DNA of 64,000 bases. It comes from Chromatiales bacterium. GTDB lineage: Bacteria; Pseudomonadota; Gammaproteobacteria; JAGRCI01. Shown here piece after piece: positions 25,489-35,400 of this stretch (positions are counted from its first letter, which is position 1; every line of letters starts with the position of its first letter). Made by a program: the position numbers and the translations under genes. Location of the stretch: the NCBI GenBank assembly GCA_020445565.1, contig JAGRGI010000031.1, positions 19,419 through 83,418 of the forward strand, given 5' to 3'. The notes beneath the pieces were generated by a model. The model had not been told where the DNA came from. It searched no databases and worked only from the letters and a program-made list of their open reading frames with translations.

Positions 25489-27531
25489 CTAATCTTCGTC
25501 CTTGGCGACGTAACGTTGCATCAATTCCCGCTGCACGTTGGGCGGAGCCGGTTCGTAATGGTCGAACTGCATGGAATAGGACCCGGCTCCACCGGTAAAG
25601 GACTTGAGCCGTGCCGCGAAATTTTCCAGTTCAGCCAATGGCGCTTCGGCGCCTATGACCATCTGACCGGCGGCATTGGTGTCGGTCTGGTTGATACGGC
25701 CTCGGCGCTGGGACAGATCGCCTGTGATGTCGCCCACGGCGGAATCCGGCGCATTCACTTCCATGCGCACGATGGGCTCCAGCAGTGCCGCGCCGGCATT
25801 GGCGATGGCATCCATGAAAGCCTTGCGGCCGGCCACCACAAAGGCGATCTCCTTGGAATCGACCGAGTGGTGCTTGCCGTCGGTGACCACCACGCGCAGA
25901 TCCACCAACGGATAACCCGCCACGGCGCCGGTCTCCAGCAACTGGCGGATGCCTTTCTCCACCGCAGGGATGAACTGGCCGGGTATGGCGCCGCCGGTGA
26001 CCCTGTCCACGAACTCGAAACCGCCGCCACGTTCCATCGGCTCGACCTTGAGGAAGACCTCGCCAAACTGGCCGGCACCGCCGGTCTGTTTCTTGTGCCG
26101 GTAATGACCCTCCGCCGGGCGGGTGATGGTCTCGCGGTAGGGAATGCTCGGTGGATGCGTGGCGACACGCACGTGGTAGCGGTCATCCATCTTCTCCAGT
26201 GCCACGCGCAGATGAAAATCGCCCAGGCCGCGCAACACCGTCTCGTTGGCGGCGATATCGTGCTCGATGCGCAGGCAGGGGTCCTCGGCGACGATCTTGT
26301 GCAGTACGTCGGAGACCTTCTGCTCGTCGCCCCGGCTTTCGGCCTCCAGGGCCACACCCACCAAAGGCGTGGGATACTCCATGGGCTCGGCACGCAGATC
26401 GTCTTCGTCATGGTTGCCGTGCAGGATGGCGTCCTGGTGCAGATCCTCGACCTTGGCCACGGCACAGATGTCACCGGGTATGGCCTTGTTCATCTCGTAG
26501 TGTTCCTTGCCCTGGATGCGAAACAGATGGGCCACCTTGAAGGAGTGGGCGCCGTCGTCGATCAACAACTGGCTGCCCTTGTTCACCACACCACGGTGCA
26601 CACGCATCAGGCCCATCTTGCCGACGAAGGGGTCGTATTCCACCTTGAAGACATGGGCCAGTACCGGCTTGTCCTCATCCGGCGTCGCCAGCAGGCGCTC
26701 GGCCTTGTCGCCCTTGCCGCGCACGAACACATGAGGCGTACCCTCCAGCGGATTCGGCGCGAGATTTGAAAAGACCTCCAGCAACTCCTGCACGCCGGCG
26801 CCTGAAGCGGCGGAGACGAAACAGACCGGAATCAGATGCCCTTCGCGCAGGGCCTGTTCAAAAGGGGCGTGCAGCTGGCGAGGGTCTACATCGCCCTCAT
26901 CCAGATACTTTTCCATCAAGTCCTCGTCGACCTCCACCACTTGATCCATCAACGCGGTATGCGCATCGCCGACCGAGGAAAAATCCGCCTCGCCGCTGTC
27001 CTTGGCGAAACAATCCAGCACCTGGGTGGCCTTCCCTGCCGGCAGGTTCACCGGCAGACACTCGCCGCCGAAGTGGGATTGAAGGTCCAGAAGCACGCTC
27101 TCCAGGCCGGCAACATTGGCATCGATGTGGTTGACGATGAGCATACAGGCCATGCCATGGTCGCGAACCACTTGCATCATACGGCGGGTAACGGTCTCGA
27201 TGCCGGACTGGGCGTTGACGACGATGGCGACAGTCTCCACCGCCGGCAGGGCCGCCAGGGCACGACCGATGAAATCCGGGTCTCCGGGAGTATCCACCAA
27301 GTTGATGTGGCAGTCCTTCAGGTCAATGCTCTCCACCGTGGCATTGAGGGAATGCAGATAGCGTTTTTCCAGGGGGTCGAAGTCTGAAACGGTATCGCCC
27401 TTCTCCACCGAACCGGCATTGGGAAGACTGCCGGAGGCGTAGAGCAGGGCCTCCACCAGGGTCGTCTTGCCGCTACCGGACTGACCTACCAGGGCGATAT
27501 TGCGAATATCCGCGGTGCTGTAGCTGGGCAT
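25489..27531 (-). CDS. Divergent EF-G-like translational GTPase paralogue
   Basis: 680 aa with EF-G domain order. The G motifs deviate: G1 is GQSGSGKTT where the canonical motif is AHxDxGKTT, G3 is DTPGDPDF where it is DTPGHVDF, and G4 is NHID where it is NKxD. The stop lies 12 nt before the next gene. Confidence 0.8.
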   Translation of the reverse strand: MPSYSTADIRNIALVGQSGSGKTTLVEALLYASGSLPNAGSVEKGDTVSDFDPLEKRYLHSLNATVESIDLKDCHINLVDTPGDPDFIGRALAALPAVETVAIVVNAQSGIETVTRRMMQVVRDHGMACMLIVNHIDANVAGLESVLLDLQSHFGGECLPVNLPAGKATQVLDCFAKDSGEADFSSVGDAHTALMDQVVEVDEDLMEKYLDEGDVDPRQLHAPFEQALREGHLIPVCFVSAASGAGVQELLEVFSNLAPNPLEGTPHVFVRGKGDKAERLLATPDEDKPVLAHVFKVEYDPFVGKMGLMRVHRGVVNKGSQLLIDDGAHSFKVAHLFRIQGKEHYEMNKAIPGDICAVAKVEDLHQDAILHGNHDEDDLRAEPMEYPTPLVGVALEAESRGDEQKVSDVLHKIVAEDPCLRIEHDIAANETVLRGLGDFHLRVALEKMDDRYHVRVATHPPSIPYRETITRPAEGHYRHKKQTGGAGQFGEVFLKVEPMERGGGFEFVDRVTGGAIPGQFIPAVEKGIRQLLETGAVAGYPLVDLRVVVTDGKHHSVDSKEIAFVVAGRKAFMDAIANAGAALLEPIVRMEVNAPDSAVGDITGDLSQRRGRINQTDTNAAGQMVIGAEAPLAELENFAARLKSFTGGAGSYSMQFDHYEPAPPNVQRELMQRYVAKDED

Positions 27532-27647
27532 GGGTCCTCACAGGGGGCAGGAGAAGAAAAAAGCGGTTGCGAGGTAGTGTAGGATCAATTGGCCGGAGCT
27601 GGGGGGAACCGGGATCAAATTCGGCGATGCTTGCGCCTCTTTGCCAC

Positions 27648-28937
27648 TTAGCATCCGTGCACGCGGTTTCTGCCTTCGACCTTGGCCCGATAGAGCGCCT
27701 GATCGGCATTGCGTATCATCTCGTGCAGATCCGAATGCCAATTCATGCACACGCCGATACTACAGGTCACCCGAATCTGTTCACCGCGAAAGTGGATACT
27801 CTGGCGTTCAATGCGGGCACGGACCCGGTTGAACACCTTGATGGCGCGTTCGCCCTGCAGATTCGGCGACAACACGCAGAATTCCTCTCCACCCATACGG
27901 GCAACGATATCCGCTTCGCGAAACGACTGCTGCAGAACCATGGCCACGTGTTGCAGGACCTGGTCTCCTCCATCGTGACCGTAGCGGTCGTTGATACCCT
28001 TGAAATGGTCCAGATCCAGGACCGCCGCGCTCAGGCCGATATTGCCCCGCCGGGCATTGGCGAGCAGCGTCTTGCCCACCTCGAACAGGTAGCGACGGTT
28101 GTATAGCCGGGTGAGGTAGTCCCGATTCGCGCTGTCCCGTATGGTCTGGATCTGCTCCAACAAATCAATGTTCTGATTGATTCGGCAAATGAATTCCTCG
28201 GCCTCGAAGGGTTTGGCGAGAAAGTCGTTCGCCCCCGCCTTTAACAATTGCACGGAGAGCTGCTTGCCATCTTCGCCGGACAGGCCGATCACCGCCAGAT
28301 CATTGCGGCCGCGTTTCTTGCGTATGGCGAAGGTCAGTTCCTGACCATTCATGTGCGGCATGTGGTAATCGGTCACCACGATGCGGATGGACGGATGGAT
28401 GTCCAGAATCTCCAGGGCCTTTTGGCCATTCTCGGCTTCGTAGACGCGGTAGCCCTGTATTTCCAGCAAGCGACGCAGATAACCTCTGGCGGAGGCGGCG
28501 TCGTCCACCACCAATACCCCGATGGTACCGGCGTGGTAGCGCCTGGTAATGGCACGAACCACGTAGTCCAGCTCAGAGGCATTGTGTTTGATGACGTAGT
28601 CCAGCACCGGCTTGGCAAGCACCTGCTCGCGCGCACGGTCGCTCAGATTACCGGTCACCACCAGGACGGGAATCCCCAGGTCCAACACATGATCTACCAC
28701 CTCGCCATCCGGGGCATCGGGGAGATTGAGATCGAGAACGGCGCAAAAGACTTCGTCCCGCTCCTGCGCCAGAATGACCCTTGCCTTCGCCAACGTGTCG
28801 GCGCTGATGACGCGAAAATCGCTTTCTTCAAGGATCTTGGCGGTCAGCAGGTCGACGATGGCACGATTGTCGTCAACCAACAGTACGGCATCGTTCCGAG
28901 CTTCGCTCCTGGCAATGGAAGAAACCGTAGCCTGCAT
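27648..28937 (-). CDS. PleD-like diguanylate cyclase (REC-REC-GGDEF)
   Basis: The likely start is MQATVSS (ATG 28937). There are two receiver domains (VLLVDDN...VLDLNLPD; VLVVDDA...VTDYHMP), active site GGEEF, and I-site READ five residues upstream. Confidence 0.85.
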   Translation of the reverse strand: MQATVSSIARSEARNDAVLLVDDNRAIVDLLTAKILEESDFRVISADTLAKARVILAQERDEVFCAVLDLNLPDAPDGEVVDHVLDLGIPVLVVTGNLSDRAREQVLAKPVLDYVIKHNASELDYVVRAITRRYHAGTIGVLVVDDAASARGYLRRLLEIQGYRVYEAENGQKALEILDIHPSIRIVVTDYHMPHMNGQELTFAIRKKRGRNDLAVIGLSGEDGKQLSVQLLKAGANDFLAKPFEAEEFICRINQNIDLLEQIQTIRDSANRDYLTRLYNRRYLFEVGKTLLANARRGNIGLSAAVLDLDHFKGINDRYGHDGGDQVLQHVAMVLQQSFREADIVARMGGEEFCVLSPNLQGERAIKVFNRVRARIERQSIHFRGEQIRVTCSIGVCMNWHSDLHEMIRNADQALYRAKVEGRNRVHGC

Positions 28938-29035
28938 AGCACACTCTCGATGATGGACGGGTATTGCAAAGACAGGCAGGAACGCAACACTACACCGGCC
29001 TCCCTGGGTCGGTATCGGAGATAAGTCGCGAAACT

Positions 29036-30280
29036 TTACTTTTGCCCATTGACGTCCTCGAAGTGCTCGTCGCCGGTCGGTTCGTAATGCGGAACCTGGT
29101 TCTTGTCGTGACGCAGCTTGGACAAGGCCCAGTACATCTGTCTGCGGGCACGACCCTGATTGCCCAGCGGGCGGTGCTCTGGAATGCAATGCCAGGGGTT
29201 GTAGGAAAGCCGGCGGGCAAAGGCGATCTGCGCCGAGGTGTCGAAGTTTTGCTTAGGGATACGCAAGGTCGCTACCGAAACCCGCGGCGACAGACGCTCG
29301 GGCCAGAGCACCGCGGCATTCTCGATGGGCATGAGGTGCGGGTCGGTCTGGAGCTGGATGCGGAAATCCAAATCCACGTCACCGTGATTCAGCGCGCCAA
29401 CCATGGCCTGGCGCAGATAGTCATCCGGCGGACGGCGAGGCAGGCGCGGAATCGGCGTCTTCCGCTTCGAGGTCGGCCAGATGGAGTACTGCATCGCCTG
29501 CCCCTCGCCCAGCAGATAGGGCACGCAACTAAAATAAGGCGCCTCGAAAGGGCTGGACTGGGTCTTGGTCCACAGACCCTGCATGATCCCATCCAAAAGG
29601 TGTGAATTGCGGAAGTTGAGGAAGTGGAAGATCTGGGCGTTCTTCTGACTCCATTTCTGCAAGTTCGCATTGGCGCGGGTATCCGGCGTGACGAAGGTGG
29701 GAGTGGAGACGCCAAAGAAGTCCTGGGTGTGTTTCTCTTCGTCCATCAACTTGGGGCCAGGCACCCCCATGAGCTTGATGCTGATACTCATGAAGCCCAC
29801 ATCGTCGATATCCGGCGTCACGTAGGGACCTGGGCCGGAAAAACGCACCCAGGCGCGATAGCGGCGCGGTTCGGCGAAGATGCCGTGGCGAAACTCGGGC
29901 GGCAGGTCGTCGTGGACGATGAACTCGGCGCGCACCATGCCCTGCGTCTTGGTATTGCCGCCACGCTCGTAGCCGCCGGGTTTCCAGAGCTGACCCATCT
30001 GCGTGGTGAAGCTGTCGATGATGGATTGCAGCCAGACCTCTTCGTCCGGGATCGGGCGCTCCTCTGCCAGACTCAGACCTTCGTTCGGCCGTCGCCGGTT
30101 GATCAGGTAGGTAACCAGACGGGCGATGGGATCGCGCAGCACCGCATCGAAAGCCGGACGGATGAAGGGGTCGATGCGCCGCTCCAGTTGGATGGACTTG
30201 AGCAAGGTATCGGAGATCCAGTCCAACAGGGCATTGCCGGTGCTGGCGCGGGGTACGGGGCGGCTGGTGTTGGAGTCCAT
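29036..30280 (-). CDS. Catalase-related haem protein (non-canonical)
   Basis: 414 aa. Catalase-core-like blocks: GMVRAEFIVHDDLPPEFRHGIFAEPRRYRAWVRFSG and a proximal-Tyr-like RARRQMYWALSKLR. The stretch where I would expect a distal His reads GGNTKTQG. Confidence 0.55.
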   Translation of the reverse strand: MDSNTSRPVPRASTGNALLDWISDTLLKSIQLERRIDPFIRPAFDAVLRDPIARLVTYLINRRRPNEGLSLAEERPIPDEEVWLQSIIDSFTTQMGQLWKPGGYERGGNTKTQGMVRAEFIVHDDLPPEFRHGIFAEPRRYRAWVRFSGPGPYVTPDIDDVGFMSISIKLMGVPGPKLMDEEKHTQDFFGVSTPTFVTPDTRANANLQKWSQKNAQIFHFLNFRNSHLLDGIMQGLWTKTQSSPFEAPYFSCVPYLLGEGQAMQYSIWPTSKRKTPIPRLPRRPPDDYLRQAMVGALNHGDVDLDFRIQLQTDPHLMPIENAAVLWPERLSPRVSVATLRIPKQNFDTSAQIAFARRLSYNPWHCIPEHRPLGNQGRARRQMYWALSKLRHDKNQVPHYEPTGDEHFEDVNGQK

Positions 30281-30289
30281 GGTCTCACC

Positions 30290-31771
30290 TCAGCGCGTTG
30301 ACGATCCGGCCAGGTAACGCAAGGCACGGATACCCGGCAGAAAGAAATAGGCACCGCCTTTCACCTCGACGAACCGGGGCAGCGCGCAGAGTCGCTCGGC
30401 TGGGCCGTCGGGGCGCGGTAGGGAGAAACAATCGCTGGGCGTCCCGTCCGACCCAGGCTGTCGATCGCCCAACAGCGGGTCGGCCTCGCCCGGCAGGCCG
30501 GCGAAGCGGGTGCCATTGATCCAGGCGTTCTGCACAAACTCGAACTGGCGCCCGATATTCGCCGCCAGACAGACGAAATGCAGACCGGCTGGGGTCTGCG
30601 GCGCTTCCCCGGCCAGCATCCCATCCAGCGATTGCGGCTCTCCGTAACTGCGGCCCCGACGTAGCAGGCGGTGAAACCGGGTGGAGGCGATCAGATCCAG
30701 GGGCCGGGCCTGGGCGTCGAAGCCCAGGAACCGGCGCAGACGCGTCAACAGGCCACGGGTACCGGGCGGATAGTCGCCATTGCGTGGGTTGGCGCGGCGA
30801 ATATGGGCACCGATGGGGCACACCTGGCCCTGGGGATCTTCGTCGTAGGTGAAGTCGTTACCGCACGCCTCAGCGTGAACCAGTGGCTTCCCATCCACAC
30901 TCCGGCCCACCATGGATTCCGCCCAACGAAGGGCCAGATCGCGGTCGCCATCGGCCCGCCCCAGGAGCCAGCCCCAGAATCCACCTATGTCCTGATGTAA
31001 TTGGCGCAACACCAGATAACTGCCGTTGCGCCCCAGGTCGGCGCGCTCGGGCCAGTCCTCGGCGCGGAGCAACAGGCCGTTGGGGTCCCGGTCCGGCTCC
31101 AGCAGCGGCCGATCGGTATACAGGCCGTATTCGTTGGGATAGCCGAGCAGAAACTCGCCCAGGCAGCTCAGATTGTCGTAGTGCAGCCGGTCACGGTCTT
31201 CCACCGGGCGACGACGCTCCCAATCCAGCTCCGGCTGGGATAGACCATCGCGAAAGCCGAAGGGCTCACGCCCGCCGCTGTCGGTGCTGTCCAGAACCGC
31301 GAGGAGGGAAAAGCCCCCGTCAAGCTGCGCCTCCAATTCCGCGCGCCAGACGTCCAAGTGTCCGGGCATGGCATAGAGCATGAGCAGCACATCGGGCACG
31401 CCAACACCGCTGCCCCACTCCCAATGGGAGGGATGGCTGTTGCCCTGGTCGCCCAGGCGGCGCGAACGGTCTTCGTCGGTGGCCATGCCGGCCACAAACT
31501 CCTCGGCAAATCCCGCCACCACCTGCCCCGGCACGCCCAGGGCAGTCATCCCCGCACTGCTGAGCGCCACCTGAAGCACGGTGACCGGCGGCGAGTCGCT
31601 GAATTGCGCGTCGGCCACGCTCACCTGGGAAAGGAATGCCCGGGCGGCATCGGCGTCCTCGACCTTCAACAACAGAAAACAGGCTTCGGTATGGCGCTTG
31701 TAACCGAACCGCAGCAAACCCTGCACATCGTCCAGTTCCACCGCCCGCGGTCTCATCGAAAGGGTATTCAT
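30290..31771 (-). CDS. DyP-type peroxidase family protein
   Basis: 493 aa. The N-terminus reads DDVQGLLRFGYKRHTEACFLLLKV. The GxxDG motif is PFGFRDGLSQP. The C-terminus reads GLHFVCLAANIGRQFEFVQNAW. Its ATG overlaps the upstream stop (ATGA). Confidence 0.75.
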   Translation of the reverse strand: MNTLSMRPRAVELDDVQGLLRFGYKRHTEACFLLLKVEDADAARAFLSQVSVADAQFSDSPPVTVLQVALSSAGMTALGVPGQVVAGFAEEFVAGMATDEDRSRRLGDQGNSHPSHWEWGSGVGVPDVLLMLYAMPGHLDVWRAELEAQLDGGFSLLAVLDSTDSGGREPFGFRDGLSQPELDWERRRPVEDRDRLHYDNLSCLGEFLLGYPNEYGLYTDRPLLEPDRDPNGLLLRAEDWPERADLGRNGSYLVLRQLHQDIGGFWGWLLGRADGDRDLALRWAESMVGRSVDGKPLVHAEACGNDFTYDEDPQGQVCPIGAHIRRANPRNGDYPPGTRGLLTRLRRFLGFDAQARPLDLIASTRFHRLLRRGRSYGEPQSLDGMLAGEAPQTPAGLHFVCLAANIGRQFEFVQNAWINGTRFAGLPGEADPLLGDRQPGSDGTPSDCFSLPRPDGPAERLCALPRFVEVKGGAYFFLPGIRALRYLAGSSTR

Positions 31772-33060
31772 AGCAGCCTCAACCAGGCAAGCGCCTCGTC
31801 GTCGTCCACCGCAGTCCGCTCCAGGCCCTCGCGGATCCGGCTGTTGCGTTGCATATCGCTGAGCGTGACGCCGGGGTAGGCCATATACCAGACCTGAGAC
31901 GGGACCTGGTGGGCACGCTGATATTTCTTGAAACAGCCTTCTCGCCGGGCACCGCGGGCCACCAGCCAGCGGGTCCGTGGCCAGCCGACCCCGTTGCTGA
32001 AGATCAGGTTCAGCCCCCAGGCCACCTTGTTGATGAAATCGTCCATATAAGCTTCATGGCTGCCGTCGTAGTTGCTGGCGAACAAGACGCGGGTACCGCC
32101 GTCCAGCACCACCCAACGGGCGAAATGGATGGTCTGCACCCTGGCCAGATGACCACGATTGAAGATGTGCCGACAGCCGTAGTCGATGGCCAGCAGCAAC
32201 ACCCGCACCAGCGCCGCGCGGAACCGCCCCGGCTTGACCGGACCCACGGCAGTGAACTGGTTGCTCAGACCATGATCCTCCAGTTCACGCAGACGACGCA
32301 GGTGTTCGGCGTCGGGGTGCGGGCAGTATTCGGGATCGCTGCGTTCTGCTTTTCGTAGCCGCCAAAGCAGCCAGGGCGAGGCCAGCAGCACTACCGGCAA
32401 AAGCAGCAAAGCCAGCAAAGGCACGCCGGCAGCGTGTGCCAGATTCGCCAACCACCAGGCCAAGGGGGTGGGTTCGGGCGGGCTGAGGGACAAACGACCG
32501 CCACGAATCTCCGCCTGGACCTGGGCGAGCAGGTCGCTACGGACCTCTTGTGCCCCGGTCGTCAGGCCCTCCCGCACGACCTTTGCCGACAAAAACCGTT
32601 GCAGGGCGCGTTCCTCGCGTACCTGGCGGGCCGTTCGACCACGGTAGTTGACGTAGTTGGCCTGGGTGGGCACCGAGTGCTTACGCAGCCAGGCGCGCAG
32701 ATCGGTGTCTTGATCGAAGTCTTCGCAATGACCGAACAGCAGACGCATCCCGTCCCCGGCCAGCTCGGCGAATTCGTCCAGCTGTCGCCGCGCCGGTCCG
32801 TCGCAATCGCCCAGCAAGACCAGACGCAGCCCCAGACGCGGCGGCGGCACGCGATAGAGCGACAGGTCCGCCATGCCGGTCTCGTCGAGCACCACCAAGC
32901 GCACGAAATGCAATCGCTCGAAGCGTCCGAAGGGCAGCAGCGGGTTGTCCGGGTTCGCCACCCCTGGCTCCCGGTTCATGGTCTCCAGCAAGGCGCGCAG
33001 CGCGGCCTCGCGGCCCGCGGCCACGGCGCCGATCACCAAAAACGCCGATTGCGGGGTCAT
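31768..33060 (-). CDS. Hypothetical membrane protein
   Basis: 430 aa. Central TM helices (WWLANLAHAAGVPLLALLLLPVVLLASPWLLW). A conserved-looking block reads IHFARWVVLDGGTRVLFASNYDGSHEAYMDDF. Function unknown. Confidence 0.6.
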   Translation of the reverse strand: MTPQSAFLVIGAVAAGREAALRALLETMNREPGVANPDNPLLPFGRFERLHFVRLVVLDETGMADLSLYRVPPPRLGLRLVLLGDCDGPARRQLDEFAELAGDGMRLLFGHCEDFDQDTDLRAWLRKHSVPTQANYVNYRGRTARQVREERALQRFLSAKVVREGLTTGAQEVRSDLLAQVQAEIRGGRLSLSPPEPTPLAWWLANLAHAAGVPLLALLLLPVVLLASPWLLWRLRKAERSDPEYCPHPDAEHLRRLRELEDHGLSNQFTAVGPVKPGRFRAALVRVLLLAIDYGCRHIFNRGHLARVQTIHFARWVVLDGGTRVLFASNYDGSHEAYMDDFINKVAWGLNLIFSNGVGWPRTRWLVARGARREGCFKKYQRAHQVPSQVWYMAYPGVTLSDMQRNSRIREGLERTAVDDDEALAWLRLL

Positions 33061-33064
33061 GGCA

Positions 33065-33496
33065 TCAGAACTTCAGGCAGAAGTCGATCAGCCGGTCGTT
33101 GTCCCAATAGACCTTGCCCAGATAGAAGCCGGGGCCGATGAGACGGATCTCGTCGCGTATGCGGCTGGCGACGATGGAGGTGTCGGAGTAGTCGAGGACG
33201 ATACACTCCTTGCCATCCAGCCAGCTCGCGTCCTTGTAGACCTTGGCGACGATGGCCTCAATGCCGAACAGGGATATGCGGTTCTTCAGCAACCCCTTCT
33301 TGCCATCGAAGACCTTGCCCTGCCAGGCAAAGTGGTTGACCACCTTGGCGATGATCTCGGAATAGCGGGTACCCGGCGCGATAATGGCGGTGCCTTCCGC
33401 CTCGCCGTCGGGGATATCGCCCGCCGGGCTGGCCTTGAAGAGGTCGTCAAGCTGTTCCTGGGTCATGCCCAGCAGGGTTTCTACGTCGTATTCCAT
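33065..33496 (-). CDS. Small hypothetical protein (possibly GXWXG/DUF4334-like)
   Basis: The preferred start is MEYDV (ATG 33496), with GGAGGAG upstream. The ORF-track start at 33556 would overlap the GMC gene. The family call is from memory only. Confidence 0.55.
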   Translation of the reverse strand: MEYDVETLLGMTQEQLDDLFKASPAGDIPDGEAEGTAIIAPGTRYSEIIAKVVNHFAWQGKVFDGKKGLLKNRISLFGIEAIVAKVYKDASWLDGKECIVLDYSDTSIVASRIRDEIRLIGPGFYLGKVYWDNDRLIDFCLKF

Positions 33497-33542
33497 TTTG
33501 CTCTCCTCCGGTGTGTGGCCCCAATCTCGGGCCTGGTGTTGT

Positions 33543-35387
33543 CTAATGTCGGGCATCCGCCAGAATCACGTCTGCCGCCTTTTCGCCGATCATGTACACG
33601 GCGCTGACCAGGAAGAATCCGGGTATCTGCGGAAACGCCGAGGCGTCCACCACGCGCAGCCCACGAACGCCGTGCACCCGAAAGGCGCTGTCCAGCACCC
33701 CACCCTCGTCCGGCTTTCCGATCGGGCAGGAGCAGGAGGCGTGATGGCCCCAGGCGGTGTCGCGCACGTAGCGGGCCAGGGCCTCGTCATCCTGTACCTG
33801 GTGGCCAGGCATCATCTCCTCGGCGATCACGCCTTTTTCGATCAGGGGGGCGGTCATGCGCCGCACATAGCGGATGGCATCCACCAGGGCGGCCAGATCC
33901 TTGCCATCAGCGTCGTCACGTTGGTCGAAATAGCGGAAATCCACCGCCGGGGTATCGCGGGGATCGGCGGAACGCAGCCGTACCCAGCCGGCACGGTTAC
34001 GGGTGTGGCCCTTGAGCACCGCCCAGGTAAGCACGTCTTGGTGGTCTCGAATCAGCTTGGAGAAGCCATCGAAATAGCCCTCGAAGCGGGCCAGCAGGGC
34101 CATGCAATAAATATCCGGCTCGGCCTCGGCCTGAGGTGAGCGGCGCACCAGGGAGATGGCCGCGCCGTTGCTGCCGTAGAGCCCGCCGCCGTCCCGGTTC
34201 CAGCGCTGCCAAAGGGGATCGCCGGGGGCGAATTCGGCACCGTTCAACACTTCCCAGGGCTTGCGCATACGGTGGGTGATGGCGATCTCGTAGCGGTCTT
34301 GCAGATTGGCGCCGACGCCGGGCAGGTCGCAGCGCACCCCGATGCCGTGCTCGCGCAGGTGCTCCGCCGGACCCAGCCCGGACAGCATCAGAAGCTGTGG
34401 GGTGTTGAAGGCACCGCCACACAGCACCACCTCGCGACGGGCCAGCGCCTCGCGTCGCTCGCCAGCCTGGTTGGTGGGCGTCACATGGGCACGATAGAGG
34501 CGTTCTCCCTTGAGATATTCCACGCCCCGCGCACGCCCCTGATCGTCGAACAACACGCGGGTCGCCAGGGCATCGAGTTCCAGGTACAGCCGGTCCGGGT
34601 GTTTGGTGGCCACTTGCAACAGGCGTTCCCTGGAGCCGATGCGGATGTGCTTGCGGGTGGAAACCGGCGTGAAACACAGCCCTTCGAAACTGCGACGCAA
34701 CCAAGTCCGGCTGTTGGGATCGCCACGCCGGCGCAGCCAGGAGAGCATGGCCGTCAGCGGCCGCGACTTGCTGCGCACCTGGGCACGGGCGGTGCCGATG
34801 ACGGTTTCCACCAGGTCGTCATCGGCCATGGCCTCTGCCGGAATGGGTATTTCGGTATCCAACCAGCCATCCCAGCCGTGGCCGGTGGGGTCGATGCCCA
34901 GTCGGCGCAAGGCCCGCCACAGGGGCCGGTGGTGACAAGCCTCCAGACGCCGGGCGTAACGGCGCATGTTGGCGGCCGACCAGGAGGCGTCGCCCGTGAG
35001 TCGTGCGATGCGGTTCCAGTCCGATTCGTGGGGCAGCATGAAGATCATGGCGTTGTGCGCGGTGCAGCCGCCCAGGGCCGCGGCGCGAGGGTAGAACACC
35101 CCCTCCCCCGCCTGATACTTCGGATCCCTGGCCTGCTGACCCTCGTCGGCATAGTGCCGCACCTTGAACCCCCAGCTCATCGCCGGGTTCTCGCAGGCGA
35201 AGGCATGGAAGGCGGGGACCGTGTAGTCGTCCGGCATTCGCTCGGCCGTTCCGGTGACCGGGTCGCCACCGGCCTCCAGCAGGCAGACCCGCATACCCGC
35301 CTCCGCCAGGCGGGCGGCCAGGGTGCCGCCGCCCGCGCCGGAGCCGACGATGACGTAGTCCCACTCGTTTGTGGCGTTGCCGGTCAT
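33543..35387 (-). CDS. GMC-family flavin oxidoreductase (choline dehydrogenase/aryl-alcohol oxidase-like)
   Basis: 614 aa. N-terminal FAD fold WDYVIVGSGAGGGTLAARLAE. GMC signatures GGCTAHNAM and a C-terminal HHASCSCPIG...VVDASAFP. Confidence 0.85.
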   Translation of the reverse strand: MTGNATNEWDYVIVGSGAGGGTLAARLAEAGMRVCLLEAGGDPVTGTAERMPDDYTVPAFHAFACENPAMSWGFKVRHYADEGQQARDPKYQAGEGVFYPRAAALGGCTAHNAMIFMLPHESDWNRIARLTGDASWSAANMRRYARRLEACHHRPLWRALRRLGIDPTGHGWDGWLDTEIPIPAEAMADDDLVETVIGTARAQVRSKSRPLTAMLSWLRRRGDPNSRTWLRRSFEGLCFTPVSTRKHIRIGSRERLLQVATKHPDRLYLELDALATRVLFDDQGRARGVEYLKGERLYRAHVTPTNQAGERREALARREVVLCGGAFNTPQLLMLSGLGPAEHLREHGIGVRCDLPGVGANLQDRYEIAITHRMRKPWEVLNGAEFAPGDPLWQRWNRDGGGLYGSNGAAISLVRRSPQAEAEPDIYCMALLARFEGYFDGFSKLIRDHQDVLTWAVLKGHTRNRAGWVRLRSADPRDTPAVDFRYFDQRDDADGKDLAALVDAIRYVRRMTAPLIEKGVIAEEMMPGHQVQDDEALARYVRDTAWGHHASCSCPIGKPDEGGVLDSAFRVHGVRGLRVVDASAFPQIPGFFLVSAVYMIGEKAADVILADARH

Positions 35388-35400
35388 CGCGGTGCCTGCC

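Noticed and set aside
24388-26769. 793-aa + strand ORF, plus many other long ORFs antisense to annotated genes (for example 9897..10763, 12442..13389, 18550..19395, 35821..36909, 50886..51914).
   Set aside because: These are shadow ORFs typical of GC-rich DNA. They have Arg/Gly/His/Gln-rich low-information sequences and no recognisable motifs, and each lies opposite a gene with unambiguous family signatures.
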